Made by a program: the position numbers and the translations under genes. The notes under the pieces are model-generated. The model was not told the DNA's origin. It was given only the letters and a program-made list of their open reading frames with translations, and ran no database searches. From Strigamia acuminata (Eukaryota): a stretch of DNA of 64,000 bases. Positions within the stretch are counted from its first letter, which is position 1; every line of letters starts with the position of its first letter. Of this stretch, positions 36,621 through 49,473 are shown piece after piece. The DNA lies in the NCBI GenBank assembly GCA_949358305.1, contig OX442314.1, positions 14,136,001-14,200,000 on the forward strand, read 5' to 3'.

Positions 36621-39600
36621 ATGGAGGGTGGATACAGCATGGAAAAGTTGCAGTCGATTTCAGCTATTATTTTCGACCTTGATAATACTTTAATAGACAC
36701 TCGCGGAGCCGATAGAAAAGCTGTAGATAAGGTAGTTAGCTAATTTGTATGGTTATCTTGTTTTATTTCTAGGCGGAACCGTTAAGTGCGTGCTCTCTCT
36801 ATCGCGCACTCACTTCCTCCTATAGTCGCCCAACTCGAACTGAAACTAGGTCTTGACCTCCATATTTTTTGTCAAAGACATTTATTTATTGTGAATTGTA
36901 TAAGAAAAATGGAAAATAATAATGCCGAACTGTGTGGAGCGTGTATCGCTGCTTTACAATGCGCCAAATCGGACACTGAGAAATTCGCGTCGCTTTTATT
37001 AGTCACGAAACTGGTGAAATCTCAAGATTGCGATGGCGAAAGCCGGAGAAAGATATTTGATGCAATCGGGTTTGTTTTCGTCAACCGATTGCTCAACACC
37101 ACCGACGTGCCGGACGGTTGCCCCGTCTATATTTATAAAGCGATTGGCTTAACTTTATTTTCGTGTTTCTGTACGGAACCCGATTTAATTTCGCACGACG
37201 AAATGCGCTCGAAAGTGTCCGATTTGACGCAACTAATTCTAACTTGCGGTGAGAGCAACGATGAGCAAGTGATGATCAATGACGCAATGATTTGTCTGTC
37301 AAGTGTTGTCAAAATGCACGTTAATGACGTAACGATTTGTAAAGAATTGATTCCGAATTTGGTTGAGATTGTTGTCAATGAGATGTACGGGTGTGAAAAA
37401 TGTATCGATTTGATTGGTCGTTTAATTCAAAACATGGGTAGTGCAGTCTGGGACGAGTGTGTCGATTCGTTCGACGTTTTGATGAGTTTTTATGCCGCAA
37501 AATTTGTAAACGAGAACGGTGAAGTGAAGTTTGTATTGTGTCAAAAAATGGCCGGTTACGTGTTGAGTTGCCCGTACAGAAACGTTAGTGACAAAACGTG
37601 GTCCCGAGACATCCAGCAAGGACTCAGTGACATTTTATTCAGCAAAGTTTCGTTGCCGCAAATGGATCCCGCATTGAAGCTCATCTCGGTTATGATGGAG
37701 AAATTCGGCATTCGCTGGGCGTTGAGCGACAACAACAAGTTCTTCCTCATCTTCGCGCACTTGACGTGCATCGAAGTACGCATGATAGTCGAAGACCGAT
37801 GCCTGGAACAAGTGATTGAAGACCGCTCGCTCCTCGTCGCGTGTTTCATCTCCTTGGAAAACATACTCGCCTTCCTCGTCAATAACGATCACGAAATCGA
37901 TTGCAATCAAAGACAACAACTTTATTCGGCGCTCAACTCGGCCATGAACGGCGTACTGCATTTTCTCACTTGCGAATCGAGGAAAATCGACAATGTGGAC
38001 AATTTAGCGACGATTAAAAAACAAGTGATTTTCTCTTGCGTCAGAGTGATCGGCGCGTGGCTGGCAGAGGAGGTATCCGCTTTAAGAGACGATGTTTATG
38101 CAATTTTGCCCTTCCTACTCCAAGTTGCAGCTCACTCATCAGCCAAAATAACGACTAGTCACGACAAACACGTGGAGAATGACGCTTTCGACATTTTTAG
38201 ATTTCTACTGCCAGGAATGTGTCATCTGACGGCGGAGGACGAACCGAGAAAACTGTTGATCGCGCTCAAATTCCACGAGACTTTACACAACTACATGCTC
38301 AACACGTGGAAGTTATTCACGTCGTCTAAAGGCGACGAAAAAATAAATATGTATAAGGATTGTTTGGTTACGACGTGCGGGATTTTCATGAACGTAATCG
38401 TGTTGGACGCGAGTTTGGTGGCGAGTGATAAAATGTTTCACAAATTGCTACGTTTTGTGTTCGGCGCGCTGCCGGAGCTGGAAAACAAGCCGCGGCATTT
38501 GATTCTGATTGGCAATTTGTCGGTGATCGGACTGCTGCTGTTGCGCCATTACGCGAGCAAAGTGAAGTCGTGCGAAAGCTCCATCTACATGTACCTGTCG
38601 AGCAGCATCAAATTCTTGTGGGATGCGCACAACATCGAGGATTCGAGGGACTATAACAGCATTGTCATCTCGCAGCAATACAGACGCGTTTGGAACCAGG
38701 TTATGGAACTTTGGTTTTTGGGAATGCAAGCGCTGGCCACGCTGCTGAAGGAGTTGCCGTGGATCGGACAGTTTGTTTTGGAGAGCGGCTGGATTAGTGT
38801 GATTTTACAGACTTTGAGGAAAATCGAGGCTGGCGCCATCGATGCGAGTACTAAGAGTGCGTACGAGCATTTTCTGTGTTGTTTGGTACCGACGCAAAAG
38901 TGTATTCAGCAGATTATTGTCAAAGAGGGGGGTATTGAGGTGTGCACTACCCATCAGATGAAAGAATTGGAGTGTTTATTACGGAATTAAGTGATATTTA
39001 TTGTTTATGTTGTTGTTTTGTTGTTTATTTATTATACGATTACGATTGTTAATTTTTCTATTTTTTATGCATCAGATTTTTATTGTGTAAATGAATTAAT
39101 GAAGTTTTTTTTCTTTTTTTTTTGTAAAATTTGTAAAGGTGTGATGAGGAAAAAGTAAAAAGGAAGTAGGAAGAAATTTGAATGAATTTATTTTCATAGT
39201 CATTGATATTTTCCCCCGTTATACAATTTGTTTAATGATTGATATAATACTAATATTGTAGATTTTTAAAAAAAAATGGTTGGAGAAGTGAAAACCGTGG
39301 ACAAGGTTTGAGTTTTTTTGCTTTTTTTTAAAAAAAAAATTTAAATTTAATAGATTTCTTTATTATTTATTTATATATGTATTTTTTTTGTAGATATTTT
39401 TGAAGCGAATTTGTATTTGTATTTGTAAAATATTGTATTACTCTCATGTGTTGAACACTAATGCCATATTTCCAGATTCAACGTTATTTGTGTGACCAGG
39501 GAGTCGCCGAATCTTGTGCATCAGAGACTGTTGAGGAATATCTTAAATGTTTTCGGGCAAATCCGCAAAATCCTAATCCAAATCGGCCCGATTTAGACCC

Positions 39601-40201
39601 ATGGCGTAGACTACTATGGGCCTACGCTCTGGGTCCGGAATGGGACTATCTTTTGGAGAAGGTCTATCCTATATGGAAGAAGACCCGATTCGAGAATCTT
39701 CTGTTTTCCGATAAAATCAAAAGCATGCTCAAGACACTGCATAGGAAATACAAACTGGTCCTCATTACGAACGGCCCGAGCAAAGCGCAGTGGGAGAAGA
39801 TCCAGAAATTGAATGCTCGCGATTATTTCGATCTGGTGTTGGTGAGTGGCGACCACGAAGTCGAGAAACCCGATCCGGCTATTTTTCAAATGGCTTTTGA
39901 AGCGTTGAACATCACGGCTGAAGAATGCATCATGGTAGGCGACACGCTTTCGACGGATATTCAAGGTGGGTTTAATGCCGGTGTTGCGGCGACTGTGTGG
40001 ATTCCCATTCAGGATAGCGAGAGACCGAAGCCTAGGCCAGATTACAAGATCGAGAAGGTTCTTCATTTGCCCGCGCTGCTTTCGTCCACTTGTACGGCAG
40101 ATGCGGCTCGATTGACGTCCATTGTGGCGGTCAAACCGGATGTCCTAGCAAGAAAAGCGTCGATCGATGGGAGAAGATTTTCAAACACTAACTCTAGCTG
40201 A
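36621..40201 (+). CDS. NANP: N-acylneuraminate-9-phosphatase (HAD family), 2 exons (36621-36731, 39476-40201), ~278 aa
   Basis: Exon 1 has HAD motif I AIIFDLDNTLIDTRGA. A phase-0 GT..CAG intron follows. Exon 2 has LITNGPSKAQWEKI, EKPDPAIF, MVGDTLSTDIQGG. Confidence 0.9.
36909..38990 (+). CDS. NCDN: Neurochondrin homologue, copy 2 (intronless), nested in NANP intron 1 on the same strand
   Basis: Colinear paralogue of 29287-31332 with the same motifs. ATG at 36909 aligns with the copy 1 start. Confidence 0.9.
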   Translation: MENNNAELCGACIAALQCAKSDTEKFASLLLVTKLVKSQDCDGESRRKIFDAIGFVFVNRLLNTTDVPDGCPVYIYKAIGLTLFSCFCTEPDLISHDEMRSKVSDLTQLILTCGESNDEQVMINDAMICLSSVVKMHVNDVTICKELIPNLVEIVVNEMYGCEKCIDLIGRLIQNMGSAVWDECVDSFDVLMSFYAAKFVNENGEVKFVLCQKMAGYVLSCPYRNVSDKTWSRDIQQGLSDILFSKVSLPQMDPALKLISVMMEKFGIRWALSDNNKFFLIFAHLTCIEVRMIVEDRCLEQVIEDRSLLVACFISLENILAFLVNNDHEIDCNQRQQLYSALNSAMNGVLHFLTCESRKIDNVDNLATIKKQVIFSCVRVIGAWLAEEVSALRDDVYAILPFLLQVAAHSSAKITTSHDKHVENDAFDIFRFLLPGMCHLTAEDEPRKLLIALKFHETLHNYMLNTWKLFTSSKGDEKINMYKDCLVTTCGIFMNVIVLDASLVASDKMFHKLLRFVFGALPELENKPRHLILIGNLSVIGLLLLRHYASKVKSCESSIYMYLSSSIKFLWDAHNIEDSRDYNSIVISQQYRRVWNQVMELWFLGMQALATLLKELPWIGQFVLESGWISVILQTLRKIEAGAIDASTKSAYEHFLCCLVPTQKCIQQIIVKEGGIEVCTTHQMKELECLLRN

Positions 40202-41286
40202 TTTTTGCTGCTTTTTTAGTTCGTTTTGATTAGTTTTTGTTTTTTTTGTTTTTTTTTCCGTTCGGTTTTGGCTCGTTTGTTTGGTTTGCTTAAAATAGAC
40301 AAAAAACTGGTAGTAGTTGGCAGTTGTAGATTTTTACTAATTTTAGACTATTTTGTTGGTTGTTTTGGTTAAAGTTGATTATTTTTCTGATTGTTTTGTG
40401 AAAATCAAGTAGATTTAATGGGATTTGGGCTTTGGTTCTTGCGAAATGTGATTACAAAATGTTGTGCCTTTGCTTTTTCATATGGGAAATAATCAATGTA
40501 TACTAATTGAATTTGAGATTGTGGATTTTTTTTGGGGAGGTTTTTATGTTTTTTTTTTCCTCTTTTTTCTTCCAACTGGATATTACCAGTTGAGGTAGCA
40601 TTTTCCGATAGCCATGCTATCATTAATTCAGTTATATAAAGTGATCTACTCGATCATGTAATATATTTTTGAAACACTAAGTGATCCTTTAACAAGTGCA
40701 GTGATAAACAGTGGAAATTGTTTGGCAATTTGTAACTGTATACAGTTTTGTACTGAAATTTATATATTTTACCTACGAAGCTGTAAAAAAAGTCATGTGA
40801 ATCATAATTTATGACATTTTCTTGTTTTTTTGTTTATTTGTACAGTAATTTATTTATTTCTTTTGTTGACTTTTTTCTTGGGTTGGACAGTGTCATAGTT
40901 ATGACGTAATGCACTTCTTTGAGTATTTTTTTTTTGGATATGTTCTATTTTTGTAGCTAAAATTACTTTGGTTGGGGTTTGGTGTAGTCCTGAATTAATG
41001 ACCTATTTTTTGTTTCCTTAAATTTATAGGTTGTGTATATATATTGTACATTCAAATAAGACATTTTTTGTAGTTTTAATAGTGATTTCTGTATAAAAAA
41101 AATAATAACAATAATAATAATTATTTTTTTTTACATTCTGATTTTTCTTTCCTTGAAAATTAATACACTCGAACTCAGGGGAAGCGCGATTGTTTGAAAT
41201 GTTCCAATGTTTTAAAAATGAATGTGAAGCAATAAAAAATTGCCTATTTTTGTCCCTTATCGTAGTAAATTCATTTACAACTTCGC

Positions 41287-42966
41287 TTATAATCTCGAAT
41301 AGTAGGACTTTGGTACAACGAGATCAGCTGTGATGTCCTTCGCAGACCGGCATCCTAGAAACGGAGATTTATGCAATAAAATGTAATTTAAAACGAATAA
41401 TTTTACCTGACAACAACATGCTCCGTTCCAGCTCGGTTTTAAGCAGCAACAGAACATCCTCTATCCCTTCTTGGCCCTTGAAAAATATTTATTTTTAGTC
41501 ATTCCAATAATTTACACGTTAAATTTCTTGTAAAAGCCACATTTTCTTTTTTCTGCTACAGTAGTTTATTACGTACTTTGCACGCTAGACCCCAAATAAC
41601 GGGTCTTCCAACGAAAACAATACGAGCACCAAGTGCAAGGGCTTTGAAAACATCTGTTCCTGTTCTGACGCCGCCATCTAAATACACTTCGCATCTATTT
41701 CCAACGGCTTTTACTATTTCTGGAAGGACTTCTATCTAAAAAATTTATTTATCTCAAGACTCGAAGTGTATCGGAGCAAATTATGGAAAATATTGTTCCG
41801 GTTTGTGCTGATTTTTTTGTGGTTATAATTTTGTAATTGTACAAATTATTAAATTTTTTTTAAATTTTGAATTGGGTGTTCCGGTTAGCGAAATTTCCCA
41901 TTTCGTGCCCTGATAACTCAAGATTGCGTAATTTATTTTAAGAATTATTTAACAAACCGAAGCTGGTACTCCGTCCAATTGTCTGCCGCCGTGGTTCGAC
42001 ACAATAATTCCATTAACTCCGTGATTAAGAGCCAGAAGTGCATCTTCAGCTGTGAGAAAAGTTTGTTATGAAAATGTCGATTGAGAGGCGATAAATAATT
42101 AAAAATTCAAATCAATCACCCGTAAGAATTCCCTTAACAATCACTGGAAGTGATGTTATACTTTTCACCCAGGTTATGTCACTCCAAGTGATAATCGTCA
42201 CGTAATTACTGATCCCAGAACCGTGGGGATCACTGTTAAAGTTTGCAAATTTTAAATGCGGAGGTAAAAGAAAATTATATTTTATTTCTCCTCTTCTTTT
42301 CCCAAATACGGGAGTATCGGCAGTAATGACGATGGCTTTAAACCCATTTTTCTCAGCTCTTTGAATGATTTCTTCGGTTATTTTTCGATCTTTATAAATG
42401 TATAACTGGAACCAACGAAAGGAGTTATTTCCTGGTACTGTACTTGCAATTTCTTCGATACTTGTTGTAGCTATGGTACTTAGAATCATCAGCGTACCCA
42501 ATTTGGCTGCAGCTGTTAAATTTTGGATTATTTTTTTATTTTTTGTGTTCTTAAAGGGTCGGATTGATTTATTTTTAATACCACGTGCCGTAGCCTTTTC
42601 GCCATCAGGGTGCGCCAAGCATTGCATCGCCGTTGGAGCGATTCCAATCGGAAAATTTATCGCTTGTCCTTGAACTGTAGTTTCTAAGTTACATCCAGAA
42701 ACATTTCTAAGCATACGTGGTCGGAGGTAGAGTCTGCGAGGAAAATCAATTATTATTATTAAAATATTTATTTTTTACGTATCATGATTTATGTGATCAC
42801 AAAGATGATTGATTAGATAATTATTATTTTTGTTGATATACCTTTTAAAAGCTTCCACATTTTCTTTCAAAGTAATTTCTTCATCCGCTCCATTTCGATA
42901 GTATTCGTACACGGATTTTGGTAAGCGAGTTTGGGCGAATGATTCAAATTCATCGATGGAAATCAT
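41287..42966 (-). CDS. HAO1: Peroxisomal 2-hydroxyacid oxidase (glycolate oxidase family), ~7 exons
   Basis: [91 protein letters not shown]. Ends YYSRL* (PTS1). Confidence 0.92.
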
Positions 42967-43372
42967 GGCTTTCTATTAGTACAATAGTTGTAAATACATT
43001 GCAGCGTATAAATGACCCTCCTGAAATGAGCTCGGTGTAATCGTCGTCCTTGGACGGTTTATCCCGGTTTTAACTTGCGAAGTGTTTTATACTAAAATAA
43101 TTTAATGTAAAATTACAGCGCTTTGTAAATTAAAATAGAAATATCCCAAAATACGTTAAAAATACAAAAAAATCTTTTATTTAAAGAAACAAAAACAACC
43201 AACTTTAATTAGTATCTGTCGCCAATAGATGGAAGCAGTGTCTTTAAAATTTTTATTAACTAAAAAAATACTAATAATAATTGTGATAGGTTAAAAATTC
43301 ATTTCGAACGGAAAAATATATATATTTTAGAAAAAATAAAAACTTCACAAAATTTTTCTTTCAAAATTCCAC

Positions 43373-44840
43373 TCAAGACTTTCTATACAACTGATAGATG
43401 GCGCCAGTGGAATCGTCCGAAATCAACAAACTGCCGTCGAGCATAACCGCTGTGTCAACGGGTCTTCCCCATCGTATTTTTTTATCCGGATCCATTATCC
43501 ATCCCGATACGAGCTCATACGCATCTCCCGGTCTATCCTTCACCCAAGGATAAAACATCACTTTATGACCACTATACGACTGGCGGTTCCAACTGCCATG
43601 CAGTGCCACGACCGCGCCGTTCTTGAAGTACCCAGGCACATTGTCACCACTCCAAAAGGTAAGTCCCAATGGAGCACTATGTGGTTCCAATCCTTTATCC
43701 ACTTTACGAAAAGTGTCGCATTTAACCACACTTTCGTTCGGGTTGTTGTCAACATCCGCAACATACTCCAAGTCGTTCATGGAATCCGAAACTACGGGGT
43801 TGCAGTAGGGCCAACCATAATTAACTCCTTCGACAATCCGACAGAACTCTTCGGGTGGATTATTGTCGACATAGTCGGGAACGACTTTGCCGTAATTACC
43901 AGAATAGTCGTTGTACGGATATTTGATGTCGTCGCGTTGATTGACCACGACCCACAAGTCGTCAGTTCCAGGCACAAACGCCAAACCTTCAGCATTGCGA
44001 ACACCTTCACAAACGAGTCTTTTGTCACCTCCAGTTAAAGGATACCCGTATATAGCGCCTCGTTTTGGATCCTCGCGTAAATCGTGCGGATCTGCATTCG
44101 TTGCACTACCGATCGACACGTACAATGTGTTGTTGCCAATTGCAATGTTCTTCAGTGGATGTCGAAAGCCATTAAATGTCGGAAGATTATTCGCAATTAC
44201 CTTGAAATCAAACATTATTTTCAATTTTGTATATTTTTATAATAGTTTTGCAATAAAATGACTTTACCTGAGGTGAGGCGATCTTTGTGTCTCCATCTTC
44301 GTACCGATATCTTGCAACTCGAGTCGCTTCCGACACATAAATGTATTTATCTCCATTTAGCTCCGTGTGCAACACCATATCGTGCGGTTTGTCCAGTCCA
44401 GTAGCAAAAGTCAAGCGTAGGGCTTGTTTATCGGTCGAAACCGGCGGTTTGAGAAGACTGATGGTTTTGCTTTTGGGCTGTGACACGAGCACGTCGCCAT
44501 TAGGCAGGGCGAGCAAGAAGCGAGCATTGGGAGCACGACCGTACACTCTTATACCGAATCCTTTGGGAACAAGAAGATTGCGACCTTCTGTAAATGGTTG
44601 TATGGAGTGTAGGCTAGCAGGTACTTCTAAATCCATCCATTCTAAAGGTGGTAAACTCTTTTGATCGGATGAAACATCTTTCGTTTGCGAGTAAATCACT
44701 GCCAGGATGATAGCTACGGTCACTACAACAACTGCCATGGTAAGAATTATGACGTAGAAAACCAGATTACGTCGACCGGAAAGCGAGTGATAACCTCCGA
44801 AGGTTCGGCTTCCAGTGCCATCGGTGCTTGTACGTGGCAT
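43373..44840 (-). CDS. PQQ-dependent sugar/L-sorbosone dehydrogenase-family beta-propeller, copy A; N-terminal membrane anchor; exons 44840-44268 and 44200-43373 (~466 aa)
   Basis: ARFLLALPNGDVLVSQP, PHDM, LYVSIGS.TN, GVRNAEGLAF, NQRD, PPEEF, NYGWPYC, HSAPLGLTF, ALHGSWNR..SGHKV, WGRPVD..DGSLLISDD..GAIY. One 67-nt phase-0 GT-AG intron. Confidence 0.88.
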
Positions 44841-45400
44841 TTCTGCTAAAGCGAAAAATTATGTAAATTGCTTGTTTGTACAATATGCGTTTGTTGTGAA
44901 ATGCAATAAGGAAACGGACGGAATTGTGATTTTCTGGATCAAGTGATGTAATAGTATCAATAATGATGTGTCAATATGTCGATAATAATCTATGCCCTTG
45001 AAAAAAATATTTTTTTTGGTGTTTTTGTGTTTAATATTTGTTTTGTTACGAGGTAATTAGATTGATTTGATGTGAGAGATAAAAATATATGATTAAAAAT
45101 TATTTACTGATGTTATCGCTGGCGATTCCTTCTTCTCATAACCTGAATTTAAGAAGTAAGTTCATGTGCAGTCATTAATTATGGAAGACTAGAGTTTCAA
45201 GGTGAAGTTTCCGCACGCATGCGTTCTTGGAATTTGTTTTTGCTTGGGATATGTATAATAAATTATACATAAATATATACCTTTGGAAATTATTTTTTCA
45301 GTTTTGTGTTTCCAAGTTTTTTAATTTTTTTTAAAAAATCACACAGGAAATAAATTTTTATTTTATTTTTATTTTATTTTTATTTCTGGCAATTCTATTA

Positions 45401-46769
45401 CTATTTCGTAGCTTTTTGATACAATTGATAGATGGCGCCAGTAAAATCATCAGAAATTAAAATGCTCCCATCTTGTAAAACTGCCGTATCAACCGGTCTC
45501 CCCCAACGTATTTTCTTAACCGGATCATCCACCCATCCCGACACAAGGTCGTAAAAATCACCCGGTTTACCATTAACCCACGGATAAAAGACCACTTTAT
45601 GACCACTATACGAACGACGATTCCAACTGCCATGCAGGGCAACGAGCGCTCCATTCCGGAAGTACTCGGGCACATTGTGGCCTGTCCAAAAGGTGAGTCC
45701 TAAAGGAGCGCTGTGGGGTTCCAATCCCTTTTCCGCCAGTCGAAAACTCGAACATGCAACGACGCTTTCGTTGGGATTGTTATCAAAATCATCGACGTAT
45801 TGCAACTCGTCCATCCACTCGGTCAAAGCATAAGGGTTGCAGTAAGGCCAAGCGTAGTTTTGTCCTTCTTCCACCTTTCCGAATTCCTCGACTGGATTAT
45901 CGTCCACATACGGTGCAATCACTTGACCGTAATAACGAGAATCGTAGACGTAAGGATACTTGACGTCGTCACGTTGATTATTTACCATCCATAACTCGTC
46001 AGTGCCCGGTGCAAATGCCAGACCTTCTGCATTGCGAATGCCCTCTGACACGAGTCGCCTTTCGCCGCCTATTAGGTTGTAACCGTAAATAGCGCCTCGT
46101 TTTGGATCCTCTTTTAAATCCTGTGGGTCAGCATTGGTGGAACTGGCTATAGACACGTACAACGTATCGTTTCCTATCGCAATGTTCTTTAAATCGTGCT
46201 GGTAATTAACATCAGATGGGAGATTATCTATTAGAATCTATTCGAAATAAAATAAAAATTTAAATTAAAAGAAAATAAAGAATGGACAATATTACTTCCG
46301 GTGAACCGATGCTGAAGTTCCTGTTGGTGTCAGTGTAACGAAATCTCACAATTCTATTAGTTTCGGCTACGTAAATATAGTCATCATCATTTTCGTCCTT
46401 GAAAAATATCATGTCATGTGGGAGGTTAAGATTGGTGGCAAATTTCAAAATGGTTGCTGTTTGGGCTGGTGAAGTGGGAGGCTGTAGAAGACTAATGGAT
46501 GACAGTTGTGGTTGAGACACTAGGACATCACCGTTGGGTAAGACGAGCAGAAAGCGCGCGTTGGGAACAACTGCGTATACTCTGATCCCATATCCCGTAG
46601 GAACGAACAGCTGACGAGGTCTCGTAAATGGATATGTGATGTTCAGGACGACGGGTACTTCTAAATCCACTTTTTCTAACTCCGGTAGAGCAGGATAGTC
46701 GGTTGAAACTTGGGTTGGATAAATGACTGTCGCTGCTACGATTGTCATTAGAAAAATCACTCGTTCCAT
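45401..46769 (-). CDS. PQQ-dependent sugar/sorbosone dehydrogenase-family protein, copy B; signal peptide; exons 46769-46296 and 46237-45401 (~436 aa)
   Basis: Same motifs as copy A. 58-nt phase-0 intron at the homologous position (SPE|ILIDNLP). Confidence 0.88.
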
Positions 46770-48110
46770 GTTGACTATCTGACACATAACAGACGTGATA
46801 GATTAAGTTGGGTTGTAGTTGTAGTGAAAAGCGAAGCGCTTGTACTGCCATCTGATATTTTTGGGTCTGAACTATGATGGAATTAATTCCTGTGAAGAGC
46901 AGCTGTTAAGTTTCATCCGAAAAAAAAAAAGAAAATAAATAGAAAAATAGATAAGGAATATGGGGATGAATACTAAACAATGTCGTCGTGCCGTCGTAAT
47001 TTATTTTCGTAACTTTGAGTGATTGGCTTTACCGTGATATTGTTAAAAATAAAAATCTCCAAAAATGTGTAGAAATTTAGTTTACCCAGATTAAAATTAC
47101 CGACAACAATGTTCTTTCACACTCGTTGTGAGATTACCAATTAGAGCCTAACATAAAATGAATTTGGATAATTTAAATATCTAGGCTCTAGGGTATTAAA
47201 AGAAGAAAATATTATCAATATTTTGCTCCAATGAACCGATGGTGGAGTTCACTTGCACGTAAATATAATTATTACTAACTTACAATACGATATGTAATTA
47301 AATTGTGACGAGAATAATTAATGACAGGTGCAATGGGTTAAAACAAACATATAATAAGGGGAAGCACGGGAGGCTGCGATTAAGAGCCACGGCTCTTATT
47401 CAAAACTGTCATTTTTGTCAGCAATTACAATTTCGGTTTTTCGTTTGTTATATTTGTTTAATGTAACATACGAAGACTGAACGTCACGAACGAAGCGTAC
47501 GTTCATCATTCGTGAGGTTAAATACAGAAACAATACCGTACTTTTGCAAAAATACGGTATTCTTGATGTCTCAGCCGCGGCTACTATTTGAGGGCGGCTA
47601 CAATTCGAGGGCGACTCTTAATCGGTAACACTGTTTTTGCACCTAAACTAAATTGTTGTATGTTTCATTAAAATTTAGGTTTCAAATTGTGTAAATCATA
47701 TTTTTGAAATAGTAATTGTGATTGATAAAATTCTTGAAGTGGTTGATAAGGAATTTATGCAGTTATTACTAATAACTGCATTCAAATTCATTGGTGGAAA
47801 TCATGTCTTTCTGTTAGTACAATACTTGCAATTATGGCAGCACATAACTGCCCCTCCCTTAAAAAATAAAAACATTCGTATTATTTTAAAACCGTGCGAA
47901 TCGCACTGTGGTAACCATGTTTTTTTTTTTGTTTTTTTTTTTCAAAAACAGCATTCTTCAACTCAAAAACGACATCTTTCATCCTGAAAATGTCACTTGC
48001 ACAGTTTTCAGCTCAATAAATTTTTTTTCAAGTTTTGTGTTTCCAAGTTTTTAAATTTTTTAAAAATTCATAAGGGAAATAAAACTATTTCTTGAATGGC
48101 AATTTTGTTA

Positions 48111-49473
48111 CTATTTTGTAGCTTTTTGATACAATTGATAGATGGCGCCAGTAAAATCATCAGAAATTAAAATGCTTCCATCTTGTAAAACTGCCGTATC
48201 AACCGGTCTCCCCCAACGAATTTTCTTAACCGGATCATCCACCCATCCCGACACAAGATCGTAAAAATCACCCGGTTTACCATTAACCCACGGATAAAAG
48301 ACCACTTTATGACCACTATACGAGCGACGATTCCAACTGCCATGCAGGGCAACGAGCGCTCCATTCCGGAAGTACTCGGGCACATTGTGACCTGTCCAAA
48401 AGGTGAGTCCTAAAGGAGCGCCGTGGGGTTCCATTCCCTTTTCCGCCAGTCGAAAACTCGAACATGCAACGACGCTTTCGTTGGGATTGTTATCAAAATC
48501 ATCTACGTATTGCAACTCGTCCATCGACTCGGTCAAAGCATAAGGGTTGCAGTAAGGCCAAGCGTAGTTTTTTCCTTCTTCCACTTTTCCGAATTCCTCG
48601 ACTGGATTATCGTCCACATACGGAGCAATCACTTGACCGTAATAATGAGAGTCGTCGACGTAAGGATACTTGACGTCGTCACGTTGATTAATTACCATCC
48701 ACAACTCGTCAGTGCCCGGTGCAAATGCCAGACCTTCTGCATTGCGAATGCCCTCTGACACGAGTCTCCTGTTGCCGCCTATTAAATTATAACCGTAAAT
48801 AGCGCCTCGTTTTGGATCCTTTTTTAAATCCTGCGGATCAGCATTGGTAGAACTGCCAATAGACACGTACAATGTATTGTTTCCTATGGCAATGTTTTTT
48901 AAATCGTGGCCATTTCCATCCGATGGAAGATTATCAATTAGAACCTGATTCGAAATTAAATTTAAAAAAATAAAAAATAATAAACTGAATGGACAATATT
49001 ACTTCCGGTGAACCGATGCTGAAGTTCCTGTCCGTGTAAGTGTAACGAAATCTCACAATTCGATCAGTCTCGGCCACGTAAATATAGTCATCATCATTTT
49101 CGTCCTTGAAAAAGATCATGTCGTGTGGTTGCTTAAGATTAGTGGCAAATTTCAATATGGTCGCTGGTTGGGCCGAGGAAATGGGAGTCTGCAGAAGACT
49201 GATGGATGATAGTTGTGGCTGAGACACTAGGACATCACCGTTGGGTAGGGCGAGCAGAAAGCGCGCGTTGGGAACAAGTGCGTATACTCTGATCCCATAT
49301 CCCGTGGGAACGAACAGCTGTCGAGATTTTGTAAATGTGGTGTTCACTTTCAGGACGACGGGTACTTCTAAATCCACTTTTTCTAAGTCTGGTAGAGCAG
49401 CATTGTCGGATAAAACTTGGGTTGGACAAATGACTGCTGCCACGATTGTTATTAGAAAAATAACTCTTTCCAT
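48111..49473 (-). CDS. PQQ-dependent sugar/sorbosone dehydrogenase-family protein, copy C; signal peptide; exons 49473-49003 and 48944-48111 (~434 aa)
   Basis: Recent duplicate of copy B including flanks. 58-nt phase-0 intron (SPE|VLIDNLP). Confidence 0.88.

Noticed and set aside
36732..36772. 41-nt intron fusing NANP exon 1 to neurochondrin 2
   Set aside because: Shorter than other introns here, and the product is out of frame with an early stop.
43373..49473. Bacterial contamination as the explanation for the dehydrogenases
   Set aside because: Shared spliceosomal intron, AT-rich host-like flanks, host MITE insertion and contiguity with intron-rich animal genes.
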